DNA from: Haloquadratum walsbyi C23
Lineage (GTDB): Archaea > Halobacteriota > Halobacteria > Halobacteriales > Haloferacaceae
Direction: 5' to 3'
Length of the DNA: 32,000 bases
Assembly: GCF_000237865.1 (NCBI RefSeq)
Contig: NC_017459.1
Location: forward strand, 150,001-182,000
Part shown: positions 1-9,173 of the stretch, piece by piece
Position numbering within the stretch: position 1 is the stretch's first letter
How the letters are laid out: every line of letters begins with the position of its first letter
Made by a program: the position numbers and the translations under genes
The notes under the pieces: model-generated
Told to the model about the DNA's origin: nothing
Database searches by the model: none
The model's input: the letters and a program-made list of their open reading frames with translations, nothing else

Positions 1-1524
1 TGCAATGTCAAAAATTGCCTCTTGAATCTCCTCACCATCACTTCCCTCTGCAACAACCTCAGCGAGTGTATCGAGGGCTTTTGCTGTATCTGATGTTGGA
101 TCAATATCAATAGCCGGTTGGGTTTCCTGTAATTGATAATTGTATGTATTATCCATTCGCTCTGCCCATATACGGGCTTTCTCGATACGATTGAGCGCAT
201 CAGTAACTGCCCATTCAGGCGTTTCTGCATCAATATGACCTTCATTACGTGCCATCTCAATCTGGAGTGATCGGTCGTCCGTCATCCCCAGTACTGCCGC
301 AAAAGTATATGGAAGCCGAACACGTTCTGAGTCAATATTCTCAACGACATATGGATATGCCTGTTCAGCAAATTCATTTATTGACTCATCATTCACCCCA
401 TCGAAGTATGCACGCTCAAATCGGTCAAAATCATCAACAAGTTGGTCAAGATTCTCAAGATCGAGATCACGCGCCCGCCGCGGGTCAAGTGCAAAGAAAT
501 ACCGAATAACGGCTGGTTCAAGCAGCGTGAGGAGCTCAGTAACTGTTACTATATTTCCTGTCGATGAAGACAATGACTCATCATTGACTGTGAACCACTC
601 ATACACCATCGGGATAGGAGGAACAGTATCAAGAACGTTTTCGGCGATATCCGTTCCGGACGGCCATGATCCCTCAGCATGGTCCTTACCAAACGGCTCA
701 AAATCGACATCAAGAATTTGCCACTGTGCAGGCCATTCGAACCGCCACGGAAGTTTCCCCTCTCGGAATGTCGCTACACCTTCATGTCCACACCCGTCAA
801 TTGTCTTTTCACCGGCAGTCATATCGGTACACTGATATGTGACTGTCTGCGCGTCAAGATCAATATCGGTGACAGTTTCTGTTATTTTTCCACAGTTTTG
901 ACAGAGCGGATTGAATGGAACGTAGTCCTCATCTACCTTTGATTGATACTCGCTGAGTACTTCACGTGCGGTATCAATATCTTCGAGTATACATTTGATA
1001 CTCTCCTCAAATTTCCCTTCTTGATAATATTCAGTATTCGAGATTATCTCAACCGGAATATCGAGACGGTCAGCATCGGCTGCTAACAATTTTGTGAAAT
1101 GAGCGGCGTATGACTTCGATTCGCCAAATGGGTCGGGGATATCAGTGTATGGTCGCCCTAAATTCCGACCAAGAGCACCGGCGTCGACATCGCCTAAACC
1201 AACAATCTCACCAGTATCATCAGCAAGTCTTTGTGGGAGACTCCGCAATGGGTCGCGGTCGTCACTCGTGAACACCTGTCTTACCTCATGACCACGCTCT
1301 CGAAGCACCTCAGCAATATAGTACCCCCGCATTACTTCATTGAAATTCCCAAGATGTGCAACTCCAGATGGTGACACCCCACCTTTGATTACAATCGGAT
1401 CAGTTGGGTCAGTCTCTTCAATCTCATCCGCAGCGGTTGCAGCCCAAAATGCGTGTGTCTGTGGTTCATCTTCATCTGTTGATTCAGCATTCTCTGTCTC
1501 GGCAGTCTGTGTGTCATTATTCAT
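1..1524 (-). CDS. lysS: Lysyl-tRNA synthetase, class I (archaeal type); C-terminal end runs off the window
   Basis: Absent from the ORF track because it is open at the window edge. Hand translation of the minus strand from the ATG at 1524-1522 stays open for all 508 codons to nt 1: MNNDTQTAETENAEST..PIVIKGGVSPSGVAHLGNFNEVMRGYYIAEVLRERGHEV..FEPFGKDHAEGSWPSG..ESLSSSTGN. It has a HIGH-type (HLGN) and a KMSKS-type (SSSTGN) class I signature. Only 6 nt separate it from the pyrH stop, suggesting an operon. Confidence 0.9.
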   Translation of the reverse strand, partial: MNNDTQTAETENAESTDEDEPQTHAFWAATAADEIEETDPTDPIVIKGGVSPSGVAHLGNFNEVMRGYYIAEVLRERGHEVRQVFTSDDRDPLRSLPQRLADDTGEIVGLGDVDAGALGRNLGRPYTDIPDPFGESKSYAAHFTKLLAADADRLDIPVEIISNTEYYQEGKFEESIKCILEDIDTAREVLSEYQSKVDEDYVPFNPLCQNCGKITETVTDIDLDAQTVTYQCTDMTAGEKTIDGCGHEGVATFREGKLPWRFEWPAQWQILDVDFEPFGKDHAEGSWPSGTDIAENVLDTVPPIPMVYEWFTVNDESLSSSTGNIVTVTELLTLLEPAVIRYFFALDPRRARDLDLENLDQLVDDFDRFERAYFDGVNDESINEFAEQAYPYVVENIDSERVRLPYTFAAVLGMTDDRSLQIEMARNEGHIDAETPEWAVTDALNRIEKARIWAERMDNTYNYQLQETQPAIDIDPTSDTAKALDTLAEVVAEGSDGEEIQEAIFDIA

Positions 1525-1530
1525 CGGTAG

Positions 1531-2256
1531 TTATTGCTCAGCGTGAACCCATGTTGCTAAATCATCTTTCCCGTCGGGAGGGATAATATCTGTTCCGTTA
1601 TGTTCACCATCGAGAACGGCTGATTCGATGTGTTGTGGGTCAGCTCCATCAAGAACAATTGTTCGCATCCCTGCTCGCTGAATGAGCTTTGCTGCAAGAA
1701 GGTCAACGGGTGCAGACGCACCAGCATCACGACTCATTGGTGCAACAACATCGACTAATTCGGTTGGCAGCAACTGCGTATACTTTTGAGCTTCATCCTG
1801 TGAACTTGGGTCAGCATCGTACACGCCATCAACACTTGTTGCATACACGAGTAAGTCTGCATCGACGTACTCAGCAAGCGCAGCAGCGACCGCATCAGTC
1901 GTCTGTCCTGGCATAATTCCACCCATTATGGATATATCACCGCGTCGCACAGCATCACCCGCGTCCTCATAATCCCGTGCAACTTTAGGGTCAACACGCG
2001 ACCCAAGCGCAGCAATAAGCAACCGTGCGTTAATTCGCGTCACATCGATGCCAATTTGGTCCAGTTGGACTTCATTTGCGCCTAAATCTCGAGCAGTCCC
2101 GATGTAGTCGCGAGCCACGCCACCACCACCGACGACCGCTGCAATATCATATCCCGCCTCGGCAAGCGTCTCGACAACCGCCGCGTGGTCTTCAACGCGT
2201 CGTGCATCGAGATTAGGAGCAAGGACACTCCCGCCGATGGAGACGACAACTCTCAT
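1531..2256 (-). CDS. pyrH: Uridylate (UMP) kinase
   Basis: The ORF 1531..2295 contains MRVVVSIGGSVLAP..IAAVVGGGGVARDYI..MGGIMPGQTTDAVAA, typical of archaeal PyrH. I start it at the internal ATG (2256), which gives the canonical MRVVxSxGGS N-terminus. Confidence 0.9.
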   Translation of the reverse strand: MRVVVSIGGSVLAPNLDARRVEDHAAVVETLAEAGYDIAAVVGGGGVARDYIGTARDLGANEVQLDQIGIDVTRINARLLIAALGSRVDPKVARDYEDAGDAVRRGDISIMGGIMPGQTTDAVAAALAEYVDADLLVYATSVDGVYDADPSSQDEAQKYTQLLPTELVDVVAPMSRDAGASAPVDLLAAKLIQRAGMRTIVLDGADPQHIESAVLDGEHNGTDIIPPDGKDDLATWVHAEQ

Positions 2257-2407
2257 TGAACGTGATTGCCTCGAATCGGGCTTAAGAGTTATCAACCAAT
2301 ATTGATGCTAGTTGAATCACACATCCAAACCTTTGATATCCTTCTCACCATGAGGAAAGAGAGTTTTAGCCTGTGGTTTCAATAATCTGAATCCACGCGC
2401 CGACAAT

Positions 2408-3256
2408 ATGAAACCGATTGGTCACTCGAAGGAAATTATGCAAGTGCTCGGGATCCTTGGGCAAGATGCAGGAGCGCTCTGTAGTGATGTCATTGCTCAA
2501 CTTGATGGCGCGGTTGCAGTTATCGAGACACAGGAGACGATAGATCAGACATTCAACGATCCACACGACACATCATATGATGTGACAACACGATATGACC
2601 TTGCGGATACTGGTCACTGGCGTGCGAGCGGGGAAAATCACAGCGTGGTCGACATTCTTGATGAACTCTCAACGACGGTCGATTATACACTTGTTATCGG
2701 CGCATCAAATGCACGCATTCCAACAGTATTACTTGAGACTGCAGTGACAGATATTGATCCTGACTCCACTCATGTTGTCCTCACTGCTGAGACAGCAACA
2801 GCAATCGATACTGAAGATGTTGTTACTGCAATTGAATCTGTTGAACCCCATATCACTCTTTCAACACTCATTGATCGAGTGAAGTCATCTTCAGATGCAG
2901 ATCATGCCGGTGCGATTGCAACCTTCACAGGGCGAGTGCGAGCACGTGACAGTGATGATGACCCGGAAACTGTTCGCCTCCGATTTGAAACATATGATTC
3001 AGTCGCTGATAACCGGATGCGTGAAATTGAGTCTGAATTAAGCGAACGTGATGGTGTATTTGCGGTCGAATTATTCCATCGAACAGGTATTATCAACAAC
3101 GGAGAAGACATCGTCTTCGTCGTTGTCTTAGCCGGGCATCGAGCGGAAGCATTCGAAACAGTTTCGGATGGAATTAATCGACTGAAAGCTGAGGTTCCAA
3201 TCTTCAAACATGAGACGACCATTGAGGAGGACTTCTGGGTTCACGAACGCAACTGA
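2408..3256 (+). CDS. moaE: Molybdopterin synthase catalytic subunit MoaE with an N-terminal MobB-like domain whose P-loop is degenerate
   Basis: The C-terminal half (GAIATFTGRVR..VFVVVLAGHRAEAFETVSDGINRLKAEVPIFKHE) matches the MoaE pattern. The N-terminal MQVLGILGQDAGALCSDVIAQL resembles MobB, but the GxxGxGKT/S Walker A is replaced by GQDAGALCS. An alternative start lies at 2438. Confidence 0.75.
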   Translation: MKPIGHSKEIMQVLGILGQDAGALCSDVIAQLDGAVAVIETQETIDQTFNDPHDTSYDVTTRYDLADTGHWRASGENHSVVDILDELSTTVDYTLVIGASNARIPTVLLETAVTDIDPDSTHVVLTAETATAIDTEDVVTAIESVEPHITLSTLIDRVKSSSDADHAGAIATFTGRVRARDSDDDPETVRLRFETYDSVADNRMREIESELSERDGVFAVELFHRTGIINNGEDIVFVVVLAGHRAEAFETVSDGINRLKAEVPIFKHETTIEEDFWVHERN

Positions 3257-3572
3257 TATAATTTCTAATTAAAGTAGGCGAATACGAAAAGTCAAAAATC
3301 ATCGACCTATGGCTGGTCAATAGATACTATATAAATTGTTGCTCCGCCAGATATCCAAAAATCTCTGTATATAGACCGTTCATTGCTTTGACTGTCTGAC
3401 GACTGTCGAACATATTGTTATCTGTGCCCCAATTTAATTTTGCTGTTGAGACGCAGAAATAAACAATCAAAAACAATTATAAAAAGTAAGCAACTCACAG
3501 AGTCAATAATAAACAATTTGAAAATACTATCTATATCGTGAATAAAACCGAATTTTACCGAACAGTCTCGCC

Positions 3573-3597
3573 CATATATACTCCCGGGGGATATATG
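3573..3597. promoter_or_regulatory. 25-nt near-perfect palindrome with TATA-like arms upstream of the 88-aa gene
   Basis: The sequence catatat-a-ctcccggggg-atatatg has 7-bp perfect arms plus a partly palindromic cccggg core. It ends 17 nt before the ATG at 3614. Confidence 0.4.
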
Positions 3598-3613
3598 TAG
3601 ACATGTACTACCG

Positions 3614-3880
3614 ATGAGCACAACTGCAACACCCTCCACAAACGCGGACGAGGATCGATCAAAAGAAGAGCGTCTGAAGAACTATCTTGTTTCGAAGGCA
3701 CAAGATGGTGAGATGTACTTTAAATCGAAGTTCATCGCTGATGAGGTTGGACTTTCAGCGAAAGAAATTGGTGCACTCATGGTCAAACTTCGTGACTCCG
3801 CAACTGAATTGAGTGTTGAGAAGTGGTCATACACCAGTGCAACTACCTGGCGCGTTGAAACCACCACTGAAGTCGCGTAA
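3614..3880 (+). CDS. Small acidic hypothetical protein, possibly winged-helix DNA binding
   Basis: This is an 88-aa ORF with halophile-like acidic composition. The segment FIADEVGLSAKEIGALMVKL looks HTH-like. It is an isolated gene embedded in AT-rich spacers. Confidence 0.55.
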   Translation: MSTTATPSTNADEDRSKEERLKNYLVSKAQDGEMYFKSKFIADEVGLSAKEIGALMVKLRDSATELSVEKWSYTSATTWRVETTTEVA

Positions 3881-4204
3881 ACTACCTCGGGGTCATAGCA
3901 TCCAGCTTATAATTCTGCAAATCTCTCTGATATATCATACATAACATACTGATCACACTCAATGATGTTTGCCAATAAAAACTATCCTCGGTTGAGTATC
4001 TCGAGTGTTTTCGTTAATCGAGTATACTAGTTTGATATACTCAAATCATCAGAAATATTACCAGTCAGATAATATAATACTAGATTCATGAATGGCTTGA
4101 TTCTATGCTGTATCATCAGCACAAAGTAGTCTTCCTGCCGCCAATTGTTTTAACGATAACATTAGTCAAGAGGTTTATTGGTCCCTATATCATATTTATC
4201 TTCA

Positions 4205-5344
4205 ATGGAATCACTCGACCCGGCAGTGGACCCGCCGGTCGATGCCCTCCAATCGGTTTTTCATCTTTATGAAACACAGCGGGACGGCGACCGCATCCTC
4301 TATTATGGTGAGTCGCTCGTGCCCGAACAGATGTTAATCCGTGAGGCATGGCCAGCGTTCCGAGAGGCGGGCTATGAAATTGAAGTGGCATCCACAGAAA
4401 CACGTGAAGATGTTGTCGTTGCGCGCCCAATTGATACCAGTATTGATGGGATTCCGTGGAAGAATATGCTTCTATTTCTTGCAACGATTGTTTCGACGCT
4501 TCTTGTCGGTGCAATCACATGGTACTATATCCCACCATCAGATCTCCTTGCAAACCCATTAAGTATACTCCAAGCGTTACCGTTTACAGCAGCTATTCTT
4601 GGGGTTCTTGCGACACACGAACTTGGCCATTACGTGATGGGACGATATCATGGAGTTAATGTTTCGCTTCCATACGTTATCCCATTTATATTTCCTTTTG
4701 GTACACTCGGGGCGATTATTCGGATGCGTGGACAGATGCCTGACCGAAGAGCCTTATTTGATATTGGTGTTGCGGGTCCGCTCGCTGGACTGACGGCAAC
4801 AGTGATTGTGACTGTCATTGGTCTTACTCAGTCACCCATTCAGATTCCAGCGCGGGCTATGGAGCAAAGCGGTCAAATGATTATATTCAATAATCCACCA
4901 CTCCTTGATATAATTGCGACTGTCATTGGAGAGCCAACAGCGTACAACGATCCCCGTATGTCTGTATCTCCCATCATTATCGGTGGGTGGGTTGGCATGT
5001 TTTTTACTGTACTTAATCTGCTTCCTGTTGGACAACTTGATGGTGGACACATTCTTCGAGCGATGCTTGGGACTACTCAAGAGCGTGTTGCCGCTCTTGT
5101 TCCAGTCAGTCTTATTGCACTTTCAGCATATCTGCACTACGGTCTTGGTTATGCATTTAATGAGTCGGTTGGACTGTGGGCATTCTGGGGAGTCCTTTCG
5201 GCGTTTGTTGCGTTCAAAGGTCCTGCAAACCCCATTGATGATGCACCACTTGGCATTCCTCGGGTCCTCCTTGGAGTGCTTACTTTCGCTCTTGGAGCAC
5301 TGTGTTTCTTGCTTGTCCCGATTGAAGTCGCAACAGTCAGTTAG
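4205..5344 (+). CDS. Site-2 protease family (M50) intramembrane zinc metalloprotease
   Basis: It carries HELGHY (HExxH) inside a TM segment, NLLPVGQLDGGH (the LDG motif) and multiple hydrophobic helices. I prefer the ATG at 4205 to the TTG at 4178 used by the track. Confidence 0.85.
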   Translation: MESLDPAVDPPVDALQSVFHLYETQRDGDRILYYGESLVPEQMLIREAWPAFREAGYEIEVASTETREDVVVARPIDTSIDGIPWKNMLLFLATIVSTLLVGAITWYYIPPSDLLANPLSILQALPFTAAILGVLATHELGHYVMGRYHGVNVSLPYVIPFIFPFGTLGAIIRMRGQMPDRRALFDIGVAGPLAGLTATVIVTVIGLTQSPIQIPARAMEQSGQMIIFNNPPLLDIIATVIGEPTAYNDPRMSVSPIIIGGWVGMFFTVLNLLPVGQLDGGHILRAMLGTTQERVAALVPVSLIALSAYLHYGLGYAFNESVGLWAFWGVLSAFVAFKGPANPIDDAPLGIPRVLLGVLTFALGALCFLLVPIEVATVS

Positions 5345-5357
5345 GTACACGACAAAA

Positions 5358-5385
5358 CGAAGTGCGAAGTGCGAAGTGCAGAGTG
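5358..5385. repeat. Heptanucleotide tandem repeat (cgaagtg)x3 plus one variant (cagagtg)
   Basis: Read directly from the sequence: cgaagtg cgaagtg cgaagtg cagagtg. It begins 14 nt after the protease stop codon. Confidence 0.8.
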
Positions 5386-5719
5386 CGGTTATCGAATCGG
5401 ACAAGCCATTATTGGTTCAACTACACTCCTATCCGTCGTGTGGTTACAGAACAGACAGAGATCAAACTACTTCAATAGAAGTTCAGCGTCTTGGATCGGA
5501 AGAATTGTGAGTGGATTTTGAGCGAGAAGAACTGTTTTCTGCGGGCTCAAATCTAGGACTTAGACAGTTCGAATCAGAACGTCTGTCGGAGACCGGAATC
5601 TTTGATGGGACTCGTTATCGAGACGAGTTGTTTTCAAATTCCGTCGTTGAAACAAAATATCCGATACGAGAGCACGGAAGCCCCGTCCTCACCGGAGCGA
5701 CAGCGGAGTACGGTGTAGT

Positions 5720-6616
5720 TCACTTCGTGGCGTGCGTATATCCCTCATCTGGAAGTGATTCATCGTCTACTATAATTCCATTATCGGATTCCGTGACTTC
5801 GCCAATGACATGTAACGGAACTGATGTTGTCTCACGAGCATTTGCGAGTTCCGATGATGGAAGTGTCAATACGAGCTCAAAATCTTCACCGACTGTTGTC
5901 GTGAGTTCCCGCCGTGTCGACACGTCATCAACATATTCTTTCACATCTGGATGTGTCGGGATGGCGTCCCAGTGTAGTGACATTCCAACCTCAGAAGCAG
6001 ACGCAAGTTGATGAACCGACCGTGCAAGTCCATCAGACGAATCCATCATCGCTGTTGTATGTTTTGCGAGCGCTGCTCCAGTGTTCACGCGGGGGGTAAA
6101 CCGAAACAGTTCGTTTGCATGTGCAATATCACCGGTCTCAAATGCTTTCAGGCCTGCTGCTGTCCGTCCAAGGTTGCCAGTCACACATATACAATCACCA
6201 ATCCGTGCACCGTGGCGATACGATGGATGAGTAACAGTACCGAGTGCTGTTGTTGCGATAGTTAGTTCCGATGTTGTGTCGAGATCGCCACCAACATACT
6301 GAGCATTAGCAGCATCACACACATCAATTGCACCGGCAATAAATGAGTCTATTTCATCTGGATCAAATGCTGGCGCACCATATACAGCGACGGCAGCGGT
6401 AGCCTGTCCACCCATTGCAGCGATATCTGAAAGTGAGGCACCAACGGCACGCCATCCTGCGGTGTATCTGGTGGTCCCATCTGGGAAATCTGTCGTCTCA
6501 TGGAGCATATCGGTCGTGATAACGAGTGATACTGAGTCTAGTGAGATCACTGCTGCATCGTCGCCTGCCTGTGGCAGGGTCTTTGCTATTTGCCCAAGCG
6601 CGTTACGTTCGTCCAT
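5720..6616 (-). CDS. thiL: Thiamine-monophosphate kinase
   Basis: MDERNALGQIAKTL..AGDDAAVI..VITTDMLHETTDFP..GWRAVGASLSDIAAMGG is the AIR-synthase-like ThiL pattern. The track ORF extends to 6631; I prefer the MDER start at 6616. Confidence 0.85.
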   Translation of the reverse strand: MDERNALGQIAKTLPQAGDDAAVISLDSVSLVITTDMLHETTDFPDGTTRYTAGWRAVGASLSDIAAMGGQATAAVAVYGAPAFDPDEIDSFIAGAIDVCDAANAQYVGGDLDTTSELTIATTALGTVTHPSYRHGARIGDCICVTGNLGRTAAGLKAFETGDIAHANELFRFTPRVNTGAALAKHTTAMMDSSDGLARSVHQLASASEVGMSLHWDAIPTHPDVKEYVDDVSTRRELTTTVGEDFELVLTLPSSELANARETTSVPLHVIGEVTESDNGIIVDDESLPDEGYTHATK

Positions 6617-7015
6617 ATACAGTATCATCACATCTGTAGTAATACGCGTTTGTCATCTCGTGATATCATCTCAATCTGTGTGGATAATAAATCATCATAA
6701 GGGTAATAAAAAGCAATCTTGTGTCGAATGTTCTACTCAGACATCATGATCGAATCGGGTCGATGGCATAGCCCGTGAGATGCAAACGGATACTCAATCT
6801 CAGACATACCACACCACCTCTGGTGGTCTGACGCAGTACTCACAAACCACAACCGAGCCTCCGATAGTCTCAGCCAGGGTTCCGTTGGAGACGCACGGTT
6901 GGCGTGTTGTCCCGCGGAGAATCCTCGCTATTCAGAACGAGGAGGATATCAATCAGTATAACCTGTTGTTGAGGGTTTCGATGGGTTGATAATCAAGACA
7001 GCAAAGTACAAATAT

Positions 7016-8062
7016 ATGAATATTGATGACATCCGAACTACCATCATCGGGTTCGGTAGCGTCATCATCATCTTCGCTGCGCTATTCGCTTTTGCCGGCG
7101 TTGAAGAGCTCATCGCAACAGTGCGCACGGCTAACCCACAATATGTTGCACTAGTCATTGGGGCGACGCTTACCTGGCTCTTTGCATGGAGTGTGTCACT
7201 CCATACAGTACTTCAAACGCTTGACGTGCATCTCTCGTATGCTGCGTCGTTTTTAGTATTTGCTGGTGCGATGTTCTCCAATAATGTCACCCCATTCGGA
7301 CAAGCCGGCGGTGAGCCCATCACCGCATATCTAATTTCACGGACTGCCGATGCCGAGTACGAGACGAGTCTTGCAGCAATCGCAAGCGTCGATACATTGA
7401 ATCTAATTCCCTCAATCACAATTGCATTAATTGGTGTGGGATACTTTACAACAGAAGTTGCACTTGGCTCACGCTCAAACATACTTCTTGGGAGTATTGT
7501 GGTCATTACTCTTGCCACCACCATTTTGATATTTGCATACGCTGCGTGGCGATATCGATATGAAATTGAACATCGTGTTGTGCATGCACTTGCACCAATG
7601 ATTCATTGGGTTGCGGATATTGTTCCTCGCCTGCCGGATATTGCTGAAGCAGAGATTGAAACTCGTATTGAGGGATTCTTTCGAGCAATCGAACGTGTTG
7701 CTGCAAACCCCCGACAACTCGCTGTTGCTCTAGGTGCATCAACGATTGGATGGATCTGTCAGATGACTGCACTATGGCTTGCATTCCGTGCTATTGGAAT
7801 CGAACTTCGAACGACATTTATTTTGATTATCGTCCCAATTGCTACTATTGCTGGGGTGACGCCATTACCCGGCGGTGCCGGTGGGATTGAGACAGTGCTT
7901 GTCTTTTTGCTATTAGCTGCTCCACTTCCACACGTAACTGAGGCGATTGCAGTCACAGCGGTAGTCATTTTCCGCGGTGCCATCTATTGGGTTCCCGTTA
8001 TCCTTGGTGGTGGTGTAGTCGCTTGGATTAGCAGTGGTGCTAATATCGGCAGCCCTAATTGA
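7016..8062 (+). CDS. Integral membrane protein, lysylphosphatidylglycerol-synthase TM-region-like (UPF0104 / flippase-like)
   Basis: It is a polytopic hydrophobic protein. The motifs FSNNVTPFGQAGGEP and GVTPLPGGAGGIE are characteristic of the family as I remember it. The ATG is at 7016. Confidence 0.6.
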   Translation: MNIDDIRTTIIGFGSVIIIFAALFAFAGVEELIATVRTANPQYVALVIGATLTWLFAWSVSLHTVLQTLDVHLSYAASFLVFAGAMFSNNVTPFGQAGGEPITAYLISRTADAEYETSLAAIASVDTLNLIPSITIALIGVGYFTTEVALGSRSNILLGSIVVITLATTILIFAYAAWRYRYEIEHRVVHALAPMIHWVADIVPRLPDIAEAEIETRIEGFFRAIERVAANPRQLAVALGASTIGWICQMTALWLAFRAIGIELRTTFILIIVPIATIAGVTPLPGGAGGIETVLVFLLLAAPLPHVTEAIAVTAVVIFRGAIYWVPVILGGGVVAWISSGANIGSPN

Positions 8063-8229
8063 AACTCACTAATAACATAGGTTAATCTATCTCAACTTGA
8101 GGTCCTGATTGATCGAGAGGCGATTCACTCTGCGCTCACAGGGTTCTGTCATCGTGCGCATCGTAATCTCACCGGATTACTTTACTGATTAACCGCCGGT
8201 CTTGAGCCATGAAGCGGTGATACGATGGC

Positions 8230-8235
8230 TTTAAA
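8230..8235 (+). promoter_or_regulatory. TATA-box candidate for rps19e (leaderless geometry)
   Basis: The tttaaa is centred about 27 nt upstream of the ATG at 8260 (MVSVYDVP). Confidence 0.35.
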
Positions 8236-8253
8236 CGATATCGGCAGGTATCG

Positions 8254-8715
8254 ATGCATATGGTTAGTGTATATGATGTGCCGGCGGATGCCCTTATCGA
8301 GGATGTCGCCGACCGACTTGCCGATCGGATTGAAGAGCCCGAGTGGATGGCGTATGCAAAGTCTGGACAGAGCCGTGAACTCCCACCTCAACAGGATGAC
8401 TTCTGGTATGTCCGTGCTGCTTCATTATTGCGCAAAGTCGCAAAGAATGGTCCGATTGGTATTGATCATCTTGCAGCTGAATACGGTGGTCGTAAGCGTG
8501 GGTCAAATCGATATCGAGTTGCCAGTGATCACTCGACAACAGGCAGTAAAAACATCATTCGGACTGCGCTTCAACAACTTGAGGACGAAGGACTCGTTTC
8601 AACCGCAAAAGGGCAAGGTCGGCGTATCTCACCAGAGGGTCAGCAATTTCTTGATAACGCTGCTTCTGATGTACTTGAAGAGTTGGACCGTCCCGAGCTT
8701 GAGCGCTACGCATAG
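8254..8715 (+). CDS. rps19e: 30S ribosomal protein S19e (eS19)
   Basis: VSVYDVPADALIEDVADRL..PEWMAYAKSG..RELPPQQDDFWYVRAASLLRKV..GGRKRGSNRY..IIRTALQQLEDEGLV is the classic eS19 pattern. The start may be 8260. Confidence 0.9.
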   Translation: MHMVSVYDVPADALIEDVADRLADRIEEPEWMAYAKSGQSRELPPQQDDFWYVRAASLLRKVAKNGPIGIDHLAAEYGGRKRGSNRYRVASDHSTTGSKNIIRTALQQLEDEGLVSTAKGQGRRISPEGQQFLDNAASDVLEELDRPELERYA

Positions 8716-8803
8716 ACAGTTTTATGAAAACCATAATTTCGACCGATCGCGCATCACTCAGACCCCGTAATCGTTTTTAACAATCAGAGGGAATTATATA
8801 TCG

Positions 8804-9166
8804 ATGAGTGAAACTCCTGATGATTTAGATGAGCTTCGACAGCAGCGGATGGAGGAACTCCGCGATCAAGCAGACGGTCAACAGAGCCAGACATCTGATA
8901 ATACTGCTGCCGCGCAGGAGGCCGCTCGTGAGAAGGCTGAAGCGCAGCAGGAGGCTCTGTTGAAACAGCACTTGACTGATGGCGCTCGACAGCGATTGAA
9001 TGCAATCGAAATGTCGAAGCCCGATTTTGCAGAGAAGGTAAAAAAGCAACTTGTCACTCTTGCACAGAGCGGTCGGATTCAGGACCGTATCGACGAGGAT
9101 CAAATGCGTGAGTTGCTTCAAGAGTTGAAACCTGACTCAAAGAGCTATAACATTCGTCGTCGATAA
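8804..9166 (+). CDS. PDCD5/TFAR19-like DNA-binding protein
   Basis: A 120-aa protein with [60 protein letters not shown], the archaeal PDCD5-homolog pattern. The position next to rps19e is typical. Confidence 0.75.
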   Translation: MSETPDDLDELRQQRMEELRDQADGQQSQTSDNTAAAQEAAREKAEAQQEALLKQHLTDGARQRLNAIEMSKPDFAEKVKKQLVTLAQSGRIQDRIDEDQMRELLQELKPDSKSYNIRRR

Positions 9167-9173
9167 TGTAGTT

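Noticed and set aside
249-1586. Plus-strand ORFs 249..509, 527..835, 679..942, 1340..1546 and 1404..1586
   Set aside because: All are antisense or out of frame within the strongly supported lysS gene. Their composition is basic and Ser/His-rich, unlike the acidic proteome.
5566-5575. A tRNA T-loop-like agttcgaatc
   Set aside because: It has no 5-bp T-stem with a 7-nt loop, and no acceptor or anticodon arms on either strand. I found no other GGTTCGAATCC or GGTTCAAATCC-type signatures anywhere in the window.
4914-6011. Plus-strand ORFs 4914..5510 (198 aa) and 5511..6011 (166 aa)
   Set aside because: The first is out of frame within the protease gene. The second is mostly antisense to thiL. 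Neither has halophilic composition throughout.
6760-6952. A possible fourth (minus-orientation) copy of the element family upstream of thiL
   Set aside because: Only short matches support it: the reverse complement tgatatcctcct equals 14830-14841, there is cgcggagaatcct, and ccgtgc..ggaaccctgg parallels copy C. Exact 12-mers are expected by chance many times in a 32-kb window and the colinearity is weak, so it needs a profile search.
8110-8160. gagaggcgat and cactctgcgctcac resemble parts of the element
   Set aside because: The matches are 10 nt or shorter and not colinear with the family, so they are probably chance.
8225-8770. A 181-aa ORF overlapping rps19e in another frame
   Set aside because: The rps19e frame is unmistakable, so this alternative frame is spurious.
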